Assembly: GCA_964016885.1 (NCBI GenBank)
Contig: OZ024740.1
Span: 69,378,001 to 69,442,000 of the forward strand
Length of the DNA stretch: 64,000 nucleotides
Direction: 5' to 3'
From: Eledone cirrhosa
Taxonomy: Eukaryota
In this document: positions 12,848 to 26,961 of the stretch, piece after piece
Position numbering within the stretch: the first letter of the stretch is position 1
Layout: each line of letters starts with the position of its first letter
Position numbers and translations under genes: made by a program
Notes under the pieces: generated by a model
What the model saw: the letters and a program-made list of their open reading frames with translations, nothing else
Database searches by the model: none
What the model was told of the DNA's origin: nothing

Positions 12848-13299
12848 GATTTAAATTAGTTTGATTACCAATGGGTAGAACTTGTCATTTTGAATTATTT
12901 CAAACCAAACGTAAATGACATATTCCCCAATAGCCACTTTGAATAAGTTTTTGTGCACAACAAATCCAATGATTTGACAGTAATTTTGGCCTTAGGCTAT
13001 CCAAAACTCTCTAATGGGCTCAAAAGTAGCATTCGTGGATATCAGTGCCCTAGATAATAGTAGATGAATCACTACCTCCTTACGGACAACTGACGCTACA
13101 TACCAAGTCCGAACACATAAGAGCCGAACACCCACAATCATTGCCTCCATCTCTCTCGCCCTCCCCATCCCTCTCTATTATGAGAAAATGGGGTCCGACG
13201 TGGTGGCCGCCCCACATCTCCGGTGGAAAGAATGGATAAGGCGTTTAGTGGCATAATTTTGTTTTTCTTTCCGCTCAGTGGATAAAAATTAGCAGATCC

Positions 13300-13915
13300 G
13301 ATTAATGACATGTCGCTATCCTACTCTGTTGAATATCTTCGGTGGCTTGGAATCATCTACAAACATTATTATGTTGCCTTTCTTTATGAGGTTTATGATG
13401 TGATTGTTGTAAATAATGAAGTTAGGTCGGCCCAACACAGAGCTCTGTGGGACGCAACTAATGCCATTAGCTGAGCTTGACATTAAGCCGTCCATCACAA
13501 CACGCTGAACCTGTCATCAGGAAACACTCCACTGTAGCTTCCCACAGGCTCCAGTGTTGATTGGTCTCTTGAACAAGATACTGTGTTCAACCCTTTCGAA
13601 GGCCTTGCTAAAGACAAACTGCATATCAAAGGCTTTAGGATAGCATTAAAATGATGGAGAAGTTGTGTTAAGCAATTTCTGCCGTCGCAGAAACCATGGT
13701 GGTGGAATTCATGTAATCATTGCTTTCCAGGAAGTTGGGATGTGTTAGTTATTCGTGACATCACCAAACTTCAAATACCTTAATGATGTTAGATGTGAGT
13801 GAGATCAGAGGTAATTCACTGGGGGTGGGGGGACTTGTTTCCTATTTGAAAAGTATGATGAAAGAATGGGAGAAAAAATGTCCACGGATGTAGCCTGTGT
13901 CCAGCGAGGTTCTAG
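13300..13915 (-). mobile_element. Decayed CR1/L2-group LINE RT fragment
   Basis: Minus-strand remnants ISLTSNIIKVFE, FSKAFERVEH and CVPQSSVLGRPNFIIYNN...MFVDDSK. Confidence 0.7.
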
Positions 13916-13944
13916 AGGAGATGCCAAGAGATGTGGAGTTCAAG

Positions 13945-14886
13945 CTAGCGGATGAAGTATGGTTTTCTCCCCGGTCGCAGCACAGGCGACCTAATATTCA
14001 CACTGCGGCAAATCTTCGAGAAATCGAAGGAGAATTGCCAAGATGTATACACTTGTTTGGTCAACCTTGAAAACGCATGTGACCGCGTTCCTAAGGACCT
14101 GCTTTGAAAGGTTCTGTTGGAGTATAGTATCAATGGACGGCTTTTTCATGTTACCCTGATGTCTCAATACGAATGCCCAATTATTTGTGTTCGAATAAAT
14201 GGTGCTAAATAATCAGAACCATTTAATGTGGGAGTCGGACTCCGCCAAGGGTATGTACTCTCACCTCTCCTGATCATTATTTTTATTAACAGGAATGACG
14301 TGCGCAACCGGGCTGGATGTGATATCACGACTGGCAGGTGGAAAATCAGTCGGGTGGAATTTGCAGACGACATTGTGTTACTTAACTAGACAGAAGGTGA
14401 TCTCCGACTTGCACTTGATGCCTTTTTTGCCGAGTGCTGCCTTTCTGGAATGAAAATGAACATTGCAATCCTCTGAAGGAAGCCTGTGCAGTGCACTCTA
14501 CATCAGAAAGGAGTTCCAGCGAATTAGATGGAGAAGGTCAAGTATCTCGGGGCCGTGTTCCCGAGTGACGGAAGGCATATAGCAGAATTAAGTGCTAGCA
14601 GTAATAAGTGCAGAAATAATTGTAGGAGCATGTTCAGTAATGCGTCAGCATCAGAATTCAGTAACCAGAAGGGAGGTAGGTGTGAAAGTCAAACTCGCAA
14701 TCTATAACTCGGTATTCGTGTCAACTCTTATCTGTGGTCATGAATCTTGGATAATGACTGAAAGAATACGATCGCAAATACAAGCGACCGAAATGGGGTT
14801 CCCCGATTGAATGCGTAGCTCGGAGATCAGAGAGTCACTCGAGGTAGAGCAACTACTCCTCCACATTGAGAGATCACAGCTCCGAT
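13945..14886 (+). mobile_element. RTE-clade (Expander/Rex3-like) LINE fragment, decayed
   Basis: PGRSTGDLIFTLRQIFEK, FNVGVGLRQGYVLSPLL, EFADDIVLL, TLICGHESWIMTERIRSQIQATEMGF, LLLHIERSQLR, with stops. Confidence 0.88.
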
Positions 14887-17878
14887 ACATGGTTGACTAT
14901 TCGGATGACAATTTGGTGAGCGGAGTGGTCAACCTTGATAGAACCCATAGACAAGGACCCGGTTACTGGAAGCTAAACTTGTCCTTACCGACAAACAAAG
15001 CTTACAGTAAGCGGATTAGTTATCTAGTTAAGCAGCGGTTGACAGGGGCAATTGTCAACAGCAGGTGGTGGGCCTCTCTCAAGAGAGAAATTAGAATAGA
15101 ATCGATAGGTTTTAGTCAGGAATTAGCATCAGATAGGAATAGAACTGAAAAGGAATTGATAGTTAGAGTATAAGAGGCGATTAGGAGGGGCAACGTGGCC
15201 GGCGTGCTGGCGTCAAGAACGGCCCTAGACCAGTTCTTTGACGCGAAGCACGTGGGCTGTGTTGTCAGGAGTAATATACCTGCTCTGGGTAAACAGGGAG
15301 CCAAAGCTGTTGGCTGAGCCCGAGTGACAGAGATAAACGTGGAAACAAGTCCACGATTCGGTATTTGAAGGACCAGGATGGACGCGTGATCCTTGAACCT
15401 AAGCAGATGTGCGCGGCCTTTCAACGGCGCTTTGCACGACTGTTCGGGAGGGGCGGCGCTCCGAGTGAGGGCATGGATTTCGGTCCATACCTCGACGGTC
15501 TTCTGCGGCTCTCGGACGGGGAGGCTAAGTCCTGCGAAAGGCCGATTTCAGCCGCTGAAAGGAAAGCGCTGAGCGTATGCGGCAAACGCAAATCTCCCGG
15601 TATCGATGCTCTACCATACGAATTGTATGTAGCCTTGCCGGACTTGTTCTCCGATCTCCTCGAGGTGGTCTAATGCAACTGGCAACAGAACGGGAGAATT
15701 CCCAGTTCTGTGACCAAGGGCGTAGTCACGCTGGTGAGGAAGGACAAGAACAAGGGATATAACATAGATAACTTCAGGCCCATAACTCTGCTAAACCTAG
15801 AGTTAAAGATTTTGGCCAAGGTGTTAGCGAAGAGGTTGGCGCTTGTCGTCGGGAACCTGGTGGCAGAAGCGCAGACATGCGCAATCCCGTCCAGGTCCAT
15901 ACACGACAACTTCCACCTCATGCGATACATCATGGAGAGGGTTGGGAACGAACCCGGCTTTGGTGGGACCCTGATCAACTTGGATCAATCTAAGGCGTTC
16001 GATAGGGTCGACCATCGGTACCTGGATGCATTGCTCGCGGCGGCAGGCTTCGGACCCGTTTTCAGGGGCTGGATTGCTGCAATGCACAGCAGAAACACCT
16101 GCTCGAGTGTCAAGGTGACCGGCTACCTCTCGGAGCCATTCCAAATCGCGCGATCCATCCGACAGGGATGCCCTCTCTCCTCCCTTCTGTATGTGCTGGC
16201 TCTCGAGCCGCTACTGCGGGAGTTGGAGCTGTTGCAGGGAATCCCCTTAGAAACGGGATTGCGGAAAGCGGTGTCGGCCTACGCCGATGGCGTGACAGTG
16301 CGCCTCGGAAATCGGGCAGATCGGCACCTTACTGGAGGAATACGAAAGGTTTACAGGAGCCAAGCTGAACCGGGAACAGTCCGTCGGTTTGCAACTCGGA
16401 ACGTGGAGAGGCAAACCGATACCCTCCGACGGCGTCGTCCGTCGCTGGACGGAGTGACCGGTGAAGCTGCTCGGGGTCTGGTTCGGACCGGACCTCCAGG
16501 TGGAGAAAAACTGGGATGAGGTAACGGGAAGGGCGTTTGCACTCGCCCAGAAGTGGGCCGAGTGCAAACTATCCCTGAAAGGTCGAGCGGAGGTGGCGAA
16601 CACTTATATAGCGTCCGCAATCTACCACCGCTTGACCGTCGTGCCTTGCCCAGCGAAAACGCTCGCCAAAATGTAGCGCGCGCTCTTCCGATTCCTTTGG
16701 AAGAAGGGGCCCCTTTGGTGAGAAGATCCATCTGCTGTCAACACCCTTCGAACGGAGGGGTGGGAATGCCGTGGCTGACGATGCGTAGCCACGCATTAAG
16801 GCTACGGCACCTCCAGGTATTCCTCACCGGTCAGCTGGTGTGGGCCCCTTTTGTGAGGCGAGCTTTTCCGAGACTCGTCTCACTCACCGAGCTGCAATTC
16901 TGGTTCAAGCAAAGACCGAGAAATGTGGGCGACTGGCACATTGGATGTGCCCAGGTGCTCACGGCCCTCTGGCAAGCGGATCCGGCAATCAGTGGAGACT
17001 CAACCTCAACATTCTATAGACTGTTGGTGCGCAGCAAGTGCGACGATGCTCTCGGAGAGGCTCTGAGCATGGAGGAAGACGAGCTAGCCAGTCTGTTCGG
17101 TAGGACGTTTGGCCCGGGACCGATGGACAACTTCCAAAAGTCCCTGGCTTGGCAGTGCTACCGAGGAGCTCTACCCGTTCGGGACAAGCTCTACAGACAC
17201 GGGCGCCTGGGTAGGGACCCCTCGAAAAAGATCTGTCCGAGATGCGTGCGGGATGAGGAAACCGTCGCGCACGCAATCGTACACTGCCCGTGCGTTGCTG
17301 ACCTGTGGGGCTATGTGGAACGACTACTGTCGCGGGTGGGACCAATCCGGTTGACCACCGAGTACATTGTCACTATCACACCGCCTCCCCCTTCAAAAAC
17401 GAAGGAGATGCGGTTTTACTCTGTGTGATAGCTATGGCGAAAGAGGTTGTATGGTGGACGAGGTTGGAAGAGCTGAGGTCAGACACTTTTCTCTCCGGCC
17501 AACAGCTGGTCCTTTTTTTCAAGTGCCATTTTAGAAGAAGGATCAGAATGGAGAGAGAGGTGCTCTACCCCAGCAAGTTTTATGAAAGGTGGTTGAAAGT
17601 GGCGAGAATGGCCCGAGTGAATGGGCCTTCTCTCTATATCCGCCTGTAGGTGAGAGAGGAGAAGAAGGGAACACCCAATCTTTGTGCTCCTGAGGGGGAG
17701 GGTTGCACATTTTTTTCGCGGGTGTGCGCGACCCACGTCAACGCCCCCTCCCTTTTGAGGACTTCGATTGTTGAATTTGATTTGTTATATATTTTTACAC
17801 GTCCCTTGAAATATATGTAAACTCCCCTCTTGTATTTGTCCCAATCTTTGATGCCCTGGTGGCAAATAAATAGAAAGT
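14887..17878 (+). mobile_element. Tx1/L1-clade LINE ORF2, 5'-truncated, several stops and frameshifts
   Basis: GPGYWKLN (end of APE endonuclease), KSPGIDALPYELY, NFRPITLLNLELKILAKVLAKRL, DQSKAFDRVDH, RQGCPLS, AYADG, zinc finger CPRC...HAIVHC; stop at 17649, AATAAA at ~17865, then (TCTA)n. Confidence 0.92.
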
Positions 17879-17943
17879 TATCTATCTATCTATCTATTTA
17901 TCTATCTCTCCTCCCTCTCTCTATCTCTCTTTCTCTCCTTCTT

Positions 17944-17979
<36 letters not shown>

Positions 17980-18002
17980 ACTATATATATATATATATAT
18001 AT

Positions 18003-18120
18003 AAATGGTCGTTTTAGAAGCCTCATCAATGCAGAAGGTAAAGCTCCGGGTAACAGAATCAGGTGGTAATGAGAGAGAGAAGCATAGAAAGACGCGTAGA
18101 GGCTTCCAAAACGACCATTT
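18003..18120. repeat. Short inverted-repeat insert (~22-bp arms)
   Basis: AAATGGTCGTTTTAGAAGCCTC / GAGGCTTCCAAAACGACCATTT. Confidence 0.8.
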
Positions 18121-18170
18121 TTATTATTCCACAATGCTTCAAGCAAACTAGTAAACTTCAACACTCTCTT

Positions 18171-18249
<79 letters not shown>

Positions 18250-18327
18250 TATAAATGAAAAGTATAGAAATTGTTGTAGTGAGAAGCTAACAGTATTCCA
18301 TAACATATATATATGTATATATATATA

Positions 18328-18414
18328 CAAAATTAAATTAAGGGTGCCATGTCCGAGAGACATGCGCCATATCCACTGTAGAATAGGCTCAAAGATTCCC
18401 TTAATTTAATTTTG
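18328..18414. repeat. Short inverted-repeat insert (17-bp arms) in a TA tract
   Basis: CAAAATTAAATTAAGGG / CCCTTAATTTAATTTTG. Confidence 0.75.
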
Positions 18415-18631
18415 GATATATATATGGCCCCTTAATTATAGAGCTAACTGAGTTGATAAGACTTGGCTGCTATTTCTACTTGTCGATAATCCTATTCACG
18501 CCACTGGAATGAATAGAAGAAAGAATGAGAAATAAGGTATATTGAAGTGACGGGCGGGTTGGTTTGGGAAAAAATGTCTTTAGATAAAGATAACAAGTCT
18601 ATTCATGTTGACATCTCTTGGAAAACTGTTG

Positions 18632-18673
<42 letters not shown>

Positions 18674-18788
18674 GCACACACACAGACAGACAAACACACT
18701 CACACACACAGATTCACGCTCAGAGACCACACGCTCACTGATGTATACGCGATTAAATTGCTGGAATTGGAGTTTAACATAACATAAC

Positions 18789-19607
18789 ATAAAAACGCCC
18801 CTCCCCTCAATAAGAAATGGACCACCAATAAAAAAACCGATCCTCCCTAAAATAAAAAAGGATCCCCCCAAATAAAAAACGGATCCCCCAAATTAAAAAA
18901 ACCGCCCCGCCCCCAAATCTAAAACGGATGATCCGATAAAATACGGATCCTCACAAATAAAATAACTGACTCCCCCAAATAAGAAACGGACCCTCCAAAT
19001 AAAAAACTGCCCCCGCCCCCACCTCAAATAAAAAAACCGACCCCAAGATAAAAACGGATCCCACCAAAATAAAAACGGATCATCCCCAAATGAAAAACGG
19101 ATACCCCAAATAAAAAACGGATCCCCCCTAATAAAAAATGGATCTCCCAAATAAAGAACGGACCACCCCCAATAAAAGTCGGATCCTGCCAAATATAAAA
19201 CGCCCCCCATTCCCAATAAAAAACGCATTAGCCAATAAAATACAGACCCCCTCTCCTAATAAAAAACGGGCCCATCCCCCCAATAAAAAACGCGCCCACC
19301 CCCCAAATAAAGAACGGATCCCTCCCAAATAAAAAACAGATCCCCGCTGAATAAAAAATCGTCCCCCACAAAAAACAAAAATTGTAAAAAGGACCCACCC
19401 CAATAAAAACGGATCCCCCAATTAAAAAAGAGATGCCCCAAAGAAAAAACAGAACCCCCTCCACCACCCACTCCACCCAATAAAACAACGGATCTCTCAT
19501 AAATAAAAATGGATTCCCGCCCAAATAAAAAACGGACCCCCCCCAATAAAAAATGGATCTCTCCCAATAAAAAATGACGCCCCCCCCCCCCCTTCTCCAA
19601 TAAAAAC
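18789..19607. repeat. Minisatellite, ~21-23-bp unit (consensus approx. CCCCAAATAAAAAACGGATC)
   Basis: More than 30 degenerate tandem copies visible. Confidence 0.9.
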
Positions 19608-19694
19608 TATTTCGCTCTACATGGCTGAATACCATAAATGTAATCTGAGTTTTTCGAATATTGATAATGATACTAGATTTATTTGAATATGGCA

Positions 19695-20047
19695 AAGTCG
19701 GCCATTAATCGCTCGTATACATGAAACTGACTGGCCAGTCTGCCTATATGCAAATCTGGCTGATCAGTGGATCCTTTAATATGCAGATCTGACTGATCAG
19801 CCAATCTGCTAATATGCAAATTAGGCTGATGAGTCGCTGTATATTTTAGAAAATATATATTTTCACTAGCTCTGACGGTTGGCCGGTCAACAGTGAACTG
19901 TACGGATGAAGGGAAATACCCAGAAACATTAGTATCTGCAGTTCGGTTTACAGCAAGAATGAGGGGCTTATTCTACTGGTATGGCTTTAAAAATAAGGGT
20001 TGTTTGCATAATTGCACACGAATCGAATATTATTATTAATATTCGAT
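19695..20047 (+). mobile_element. Diverged retrozyme-like element (family C) with triplicated octamer and degenerate HHR
   Basis: ATGCAAAT/ATGCAGAT/ATGCAAAT at 19748, 19781 and 19814; palindrome GAAAATATATATTTTC; GAACTGTA-CGGATGA-AGGG-AAATA-CCCA-GAAA-CATTAG-TA-TC-TGCAGTTC at 19895-19944; hairpin TCGAATATT/AATATTCGA. Confidence 0.65.
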
Positions 20048-20058
20048 ATATATATACA

Positions 20059-20145
<87 letters not shown>

Positions 20146-20672
20146 ATATATTGTTATACTTGGGGAGGGTCATATTTGTGTAATATTGCCAGAATTAAGA
20201 ACAGAACACGCTCACTGTTTGGTTGGTTTTCGCTTTTCGCTTCTGTGTCTTTTATATCGGTAATTCAATTTATTCGGTCCTCAATGTTGCCATTGACTGA
20301 CCAACGGTCAAAAATACAGATACAATATAGACACAAACACATATATATAGTTTATCATAGTTCTTTTGTTGCACATCTGCAACACCGTCAGTGGTGCTAT
20401 TGTTTCCCCCCGTTGCATTGTATTTTCTACGCCTTCTTTATTTAGTCTGTTTATATATTTATTTCTTTGTTTATTTTTTTTGTCTTCTTTGCGCATGCGT
20501 TTGTGTGTGTGTATAGTGTTTTGTTTGATGTATGTTCGTGATTGGGTGACTGTGTATTGGTTAATGTATTCTATCTTTACTAGTGTGTGTTTATATTTGT
20601 TTGTTGTTATTGTGCTTCGGTATGTATTTATTTATCTATTTATATATTTATTTATACTTCTCTTAGGTCAGA

Positions 20673-21436
<764 letters not shown>

Positions 21437-21666
21437 TTCACCGCTCCTATTAATGACGTATTATATTCGTTTTCCCCCGTTCTTTGCCAGGGAACGTTTC
21501 CACGGACCAAAGTATCGTCTTCCTGTCTTCCTACGGTTGCAACGTTTTTTGAAATATCCACTTATGCGTTTACAGATTGACTTTGTTAGTTTCAGAAGAT
21601 CCCGTTAAGGGTGAAAGCAGCGATTCTTTGCTTAAACTTTAATCTGTTATTTGAATAAATATATAG

Positions 21667-21749
<83 letters not shown>

Positions 21750-21754
21750 TGATT

Positions 21755-21960
21755 ACATAACAGTTAGTTCACCATACCATGGTTATACGGAAGGAACAGC
21801 TGTTCCGTATAACCATTTTCTTTACGCGCTGAGGATCCGCTAAGGTGAAACAATTGTTCTCGGTATGGTGAACTAACTGTTGTGTAAACACTTCTACCTT
21901 ACTCGTCCCATCGACTGAGTGCTCTGCCACTACGGATGTTACCTTCGAGTGTCCTACCAC
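21755..21960 (+). mobile_element. Mini PLE-type insertion with short inversion and HHR-like motif
   Basis: Inverted repeat 21755-21778 / 21862-21885; CTGAGGA-TCC-GCTAA-GGT-GAAA-CAATTG-TT at 21829-21858; 14-bp hairpin 21779-21816; flanked by (TA)n. Confidence 0.6.
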
Positions 21961-23966
21961 TATATATATATATATATAAAACATAGAAAATGCATCTAAA
22001 ATCCTAGAACTATTTCATTCGTATAAAAACATCATGATGCTCTGATTAATTCATACGAATGAGATAGTCCTTTTCCTGTAGAATTATTTTCTACCAGTCT
22101 TCTCTACGAAACTATTGAGTAACTTATATAAGTTTTCTCCCATCTCGTTTTGAAAATCATCCTTACTTATGTATATATACTATATATGTCTATTAGTGTA
22201 TGTGTCTGAGGGCACCTGTGTGCATGTATGTGTCTGTGGGCGTCTGTGTGTATGTGCAAGTGCGTACGTGTGTGTATGTGCACATGTGTGAAAATATTTT
22301 CGTTATTTATATTGAAAATACGACTAATGTAATATTTTTATTAAAGATTTTCATATTTTATATTTCCTTACTTTTCTTTACGATTGGTGTGGAAGAATAC
22401 GCTTTTCTAAATCCATGTGTCAATCACCTTTTCGAAGCTTTCACAGCCCTTACTTCAAAATATAAATAGAAATGCTTGAGGCTTATTAATCATATATATG
22501 TATGGAAACGGTAGGAAAGACGCCGATCCGGAGATCGGTCTAATGAAACTATATTTCCATTGGTCTTTCCTTTGCTGGTACCATCTTTCAATGGCAATTC
22601 CGGGCAGCGACGCATCCCCACTAAAATATATTTCTGCCTACACTTCAATGAACGTCAGCTTTATTTTCATATTTCTAAAATAAATTATTAATCGCTCAGA
22701 AACAGGAAAGCAAAAAGCGAACATCTCTTTCTTCAGTTGCTTCTTGCTTCCATTTGACATTGGGTACACGTGTGCATAGCTGTATGGATGTGTTCCTATG
22801 TACGTGAAGCATGGATGTGTTCCTATGTACAAGCGCTTGTGTATGACCATGTGTAAGAAACATGTTAAGATATATATTAGTCATAATTTATGAAATGGAA
22901 TTCTGTTTTTTTTTTAATGACAGCAAACATGTGATAATTAAAATAGAAACAAAAAGAAAATGAAATGTTGAACTAATCGAAATTTCATTCAAATTATCCA
23001 AATTGTGTAGCTGCTGCTGTTCCCTTTATGTTCGTTGTGTATGCCAGTGTTGTTGCTGTTGCTGCTGTTTATGTTATTTTTGTTAGTGGTGTAGTTCATG
23101 TTCTTGTTCTATCTGTTTTCGTGTTTCATATTTTGTTTCGAAAAGGTGTGGGGGAATGAGGGGTGTCTTATTTCGAAATTAAAGGAAAAAAAATCAAGCA
23201 AGTGTCTGTGGACATTAGAGCAATTGAATGTTGTGCAAATGAACAAATTTGAAATTACGAAGAAAATATGAAAGAAAAATTAGCAAAATGACACACCATC
23301 AAATACTCTGTTTTATTTTTATATTTTATTCATTTATGTTTTCGTTGTTTTATTTTCGTTTTTTTTTTTTGTTTCTTATTTGTTTTGTTTTCTTACGGTT
23401 AAAATTTCATTTGTCCTTCATTCTCCTATAAAATTTCAGTTAAAATCAATTCACCGAAAATAAAAGTCCACAGAAGTTCTTGAAAAGAAGACAATTGCCA
23501 AAAATACAAAACAAATAATAATGAAAATTAAAACAAAAATAGGCATATATAAATGAAAGAGCAAAATTTCTATTAATGATGTTAGAAAACAATCCATAAC
23601 AAAAAACATTCTTTCTGTAACTGGAAATGATATCAAAGGGTGCAATCCTCATAAAAGAAATTGCATTTGTTTCTTTCAAGCTTCCCTTTAATGTTTATTT
23701 CTCTTTGAAAACCAGCGAAATTCCTATTATTTTACAAGTCCACAGCCATATTTTTCATAGTAGGGGTTAATAGTATTAACATGACATCACGAAATCCCTA
23801 ACGTTTATAGGGATCTTTAAAATTCATAGGTTTCCTTGAGAATTCTTTAGGACAACAATTCCGTAGTGTGTTGGTATTGGAGTAAATGGATACAAATCTC
23901 TACGTGGAAGGAATGCTAGTTTCTGCTTGGAAATTTTCCCAAAGGATATGTATGTATTTAACATCT

Positions 23967-24105
23967 AAGCCTGGCTGTGTGGATAAGGCATTCGCTTCGC
24001 AATCATGTGGCTTGGCTTCAGTCCTAATGTAAGGCAATTTGGCTTTGGGTCGACCTGCCTTCTGGGAATGATAATTGATAGATGAGGTCCATGCAGATGC
24101 CCGCC
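23967..24105 (+). mobile_element. tRNA-derived SINE, decayed
   Basis: A-box-like TGGCTGTGTGGATAAG and B-box-like GCTTCAGTCC. Confidence 0.6.
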
Positions 24106-24111
24106 TTAATA

Positions 24112-24188
<77 letters not shown>

Positions 24189-24189
24189 T

Positions 24190-24229
<40 letters not shown>

Positions 24230-24701
24230 TGATAGATAAGCTTTTTTGTTTATGTATATCAGGAATGAATGCTTAAACATGAAAACTGCTTACCAGATAG
24301 TTTGACTCAATGGTATCCTTTGAATCGCATAGCATAAATATCCAAGCAGAGGAATATGATATATATGTCCAGAAGAGATCGGGGAGTATGGGATATAATC
24401 AATTATTGCACCAAGAAAAATATAAACCTCGGCGGGAAAAGAAATTAGGAATTTGTTTGCTGAATTCTACCGCGTGGTGGATAGTCACTTCCACAAACAG
24501 TTATAAGCTTTCCGAAGAAGTGTTATAAATAATTATGTATTGCATATGATTGAACAATATATATTTTAGTCAGCTTATGTAGACAATTATAATAGACACG
24601 GAAACGTATGTTAAAGCAAATAAATTCCTAATTTCCTATCTCGACGAAGTTTATATTTTTCTTGTTCAATAGTTGTTGCTTATATTACACACTCTCACAA
24701 G

Positions 24702-25522
<821 letters not shown>

Positions 25523-25586
25523 CACAATTATATGTCTCTATATATATGTATATATCAATAGTCGATCCCAGATCTCATTCGCTTAA

Positions 25587-25748
25587 CGTCAAATCGGACC
25601 GAGGATACTTTGGATAATACTAACTGTCGATCGCCACTCGAGGCAGGCATAAGGAGCAACGTGAAATAGAGTGTCTTGAAATAAATTATCACCCTGTCTG
25701 GGAATCGAAATCACTATCTCACTATTGCAAATCCACTTCTCTAACCAA
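25587..25748 (-). mobile_element. tRNA-derived SINE
   Basis: GGAGCAACGTGAAATAGAGTGTCTTG core and GGAATCGAA B-box complement; shares its end CGTCAAATCGGACCGAGGA with 61591. Confidence 0.7.
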
Positions 25749-25749
25749 T

Positions 25750-26262
25750 CAGAATTAACCATAAGGAAGATCATATTAGAGTACCTTACAACAATAAAGG
25801 AAACCATAGGGGTATTTACACAGAGGCAAAATTAAATTGTTAATGAAGCTAAACATCTAGTATTCAAAGGATCTATTACAACCTCTTAACTGCAGTTTTC
25901 ACAGACTAAAACGCCATAAAAATGTTCTATCTCAATTAAAAGAGATAGTATAACTCCGCCAGAAAGCTTGTCTCATCATCGCAGAGGTATTTTCTGTTCC
26001 TAAAATTAAGACAGATATCTTCCCACCACGAAATAAAATCAAATCCACCATGACAAGTCTTCTGCCAGAGATATATCCTTTAATTGAGATAGAAAATTAC
26101 TGTGACTTTTCAGTCTATGTAAACTGCAGTTAAGAAGTTAATAGATTTGTTGACACCTAGATGTTTAGCTTGTTTAACAATTTAATTTTGCCTCTGGAAA
26201 AAATGCACGTATGGTTTCCTTTTTTTTTATGTATTCTATGATCTTCCCTATAGTTAATTCTG
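25750..26262. mobile_element. Palindromic MITE/foldback element (~510 bp, diverged arms)
   Basis: CAGAATTAAC...GGAAACCATA...CAGAGGCAAAATTAAATTGTTAA...TTAACTGCAGTTT...TTCTATCTCAATTAAA mirrored in reverse complement in 26050-26262. Confidence 0.8.
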
Positions 26263-26905
26263 GGTTTTGTTTAAGATTGGTGTATATTTGTATTCATAAG
26301 CTTTACTAAATGATGTTCTCCGCGATAATATTCAATACGATGTGATGTACATATGACTGACTAATTTCTCTATATAAATATATAAACTGGTCCTATATCT
26401 CTTGAGCAGAAGAACGATTTTAAATTGACTGCTATTTCTAGCAAAAGTATTTTCTGGTCCCCTAGTCAGTTTTGTACGAACATTCGCCTCTTTCGGAAAT
26501 TCTACGCATGCCTAGATTATTGTAGACCAAGCTGGATTTGAATTGATTTCGTGATGGGAAGAAATAAAAGGAATTACAGCAAATAGAAGCAAAGAAGAGA
26601 GGAATTATTTGAATCTGATATGGACCGCGAAACTGGTGTTACTGTTGTAGCAAACCATCTCCGACTCTATGAATACCATACAACCCCCAGCCACTTGGTC
26701 ACGCTTGACAAACCAAAAATGCTAAGCATTGACGGGTTTTTCTTTTGGAGATAATCTGCCGCTTCAATAACATCGATTTAGCAGGATATCTCCGAAAAAA
26801 ATATGTTCTATTCTCTGCCTGCGTTTGCCGTAATTCCATTGATAAACTAATTATACAACGTGCAACTGATGATGTCACCAGGGTCTTACGTACCCAGGTG
26901 AAATA

Positions 26906-26945
<40 letters not shown>

Positions 26946-26961
<16 letters not shown>

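Noticed and set aside
18789-19607. CRISPR-like array
   Set aside because: Degenerate contiguous minisatellite without unique spacers, in eukaryotic context with no cas genes
21593-21626. CAGAAGA-TCCC-GTTAA-GGGT-GAAA motif
   Set aside because: Core is mutated, with no stem I or valid cleavage triplet; probably a dead pLTR motif
26856-26910. CTGATGA...GGTGAAA HHR-like motif
   Set aside because: Stem II is out of register by 4 nt and no stem I is present
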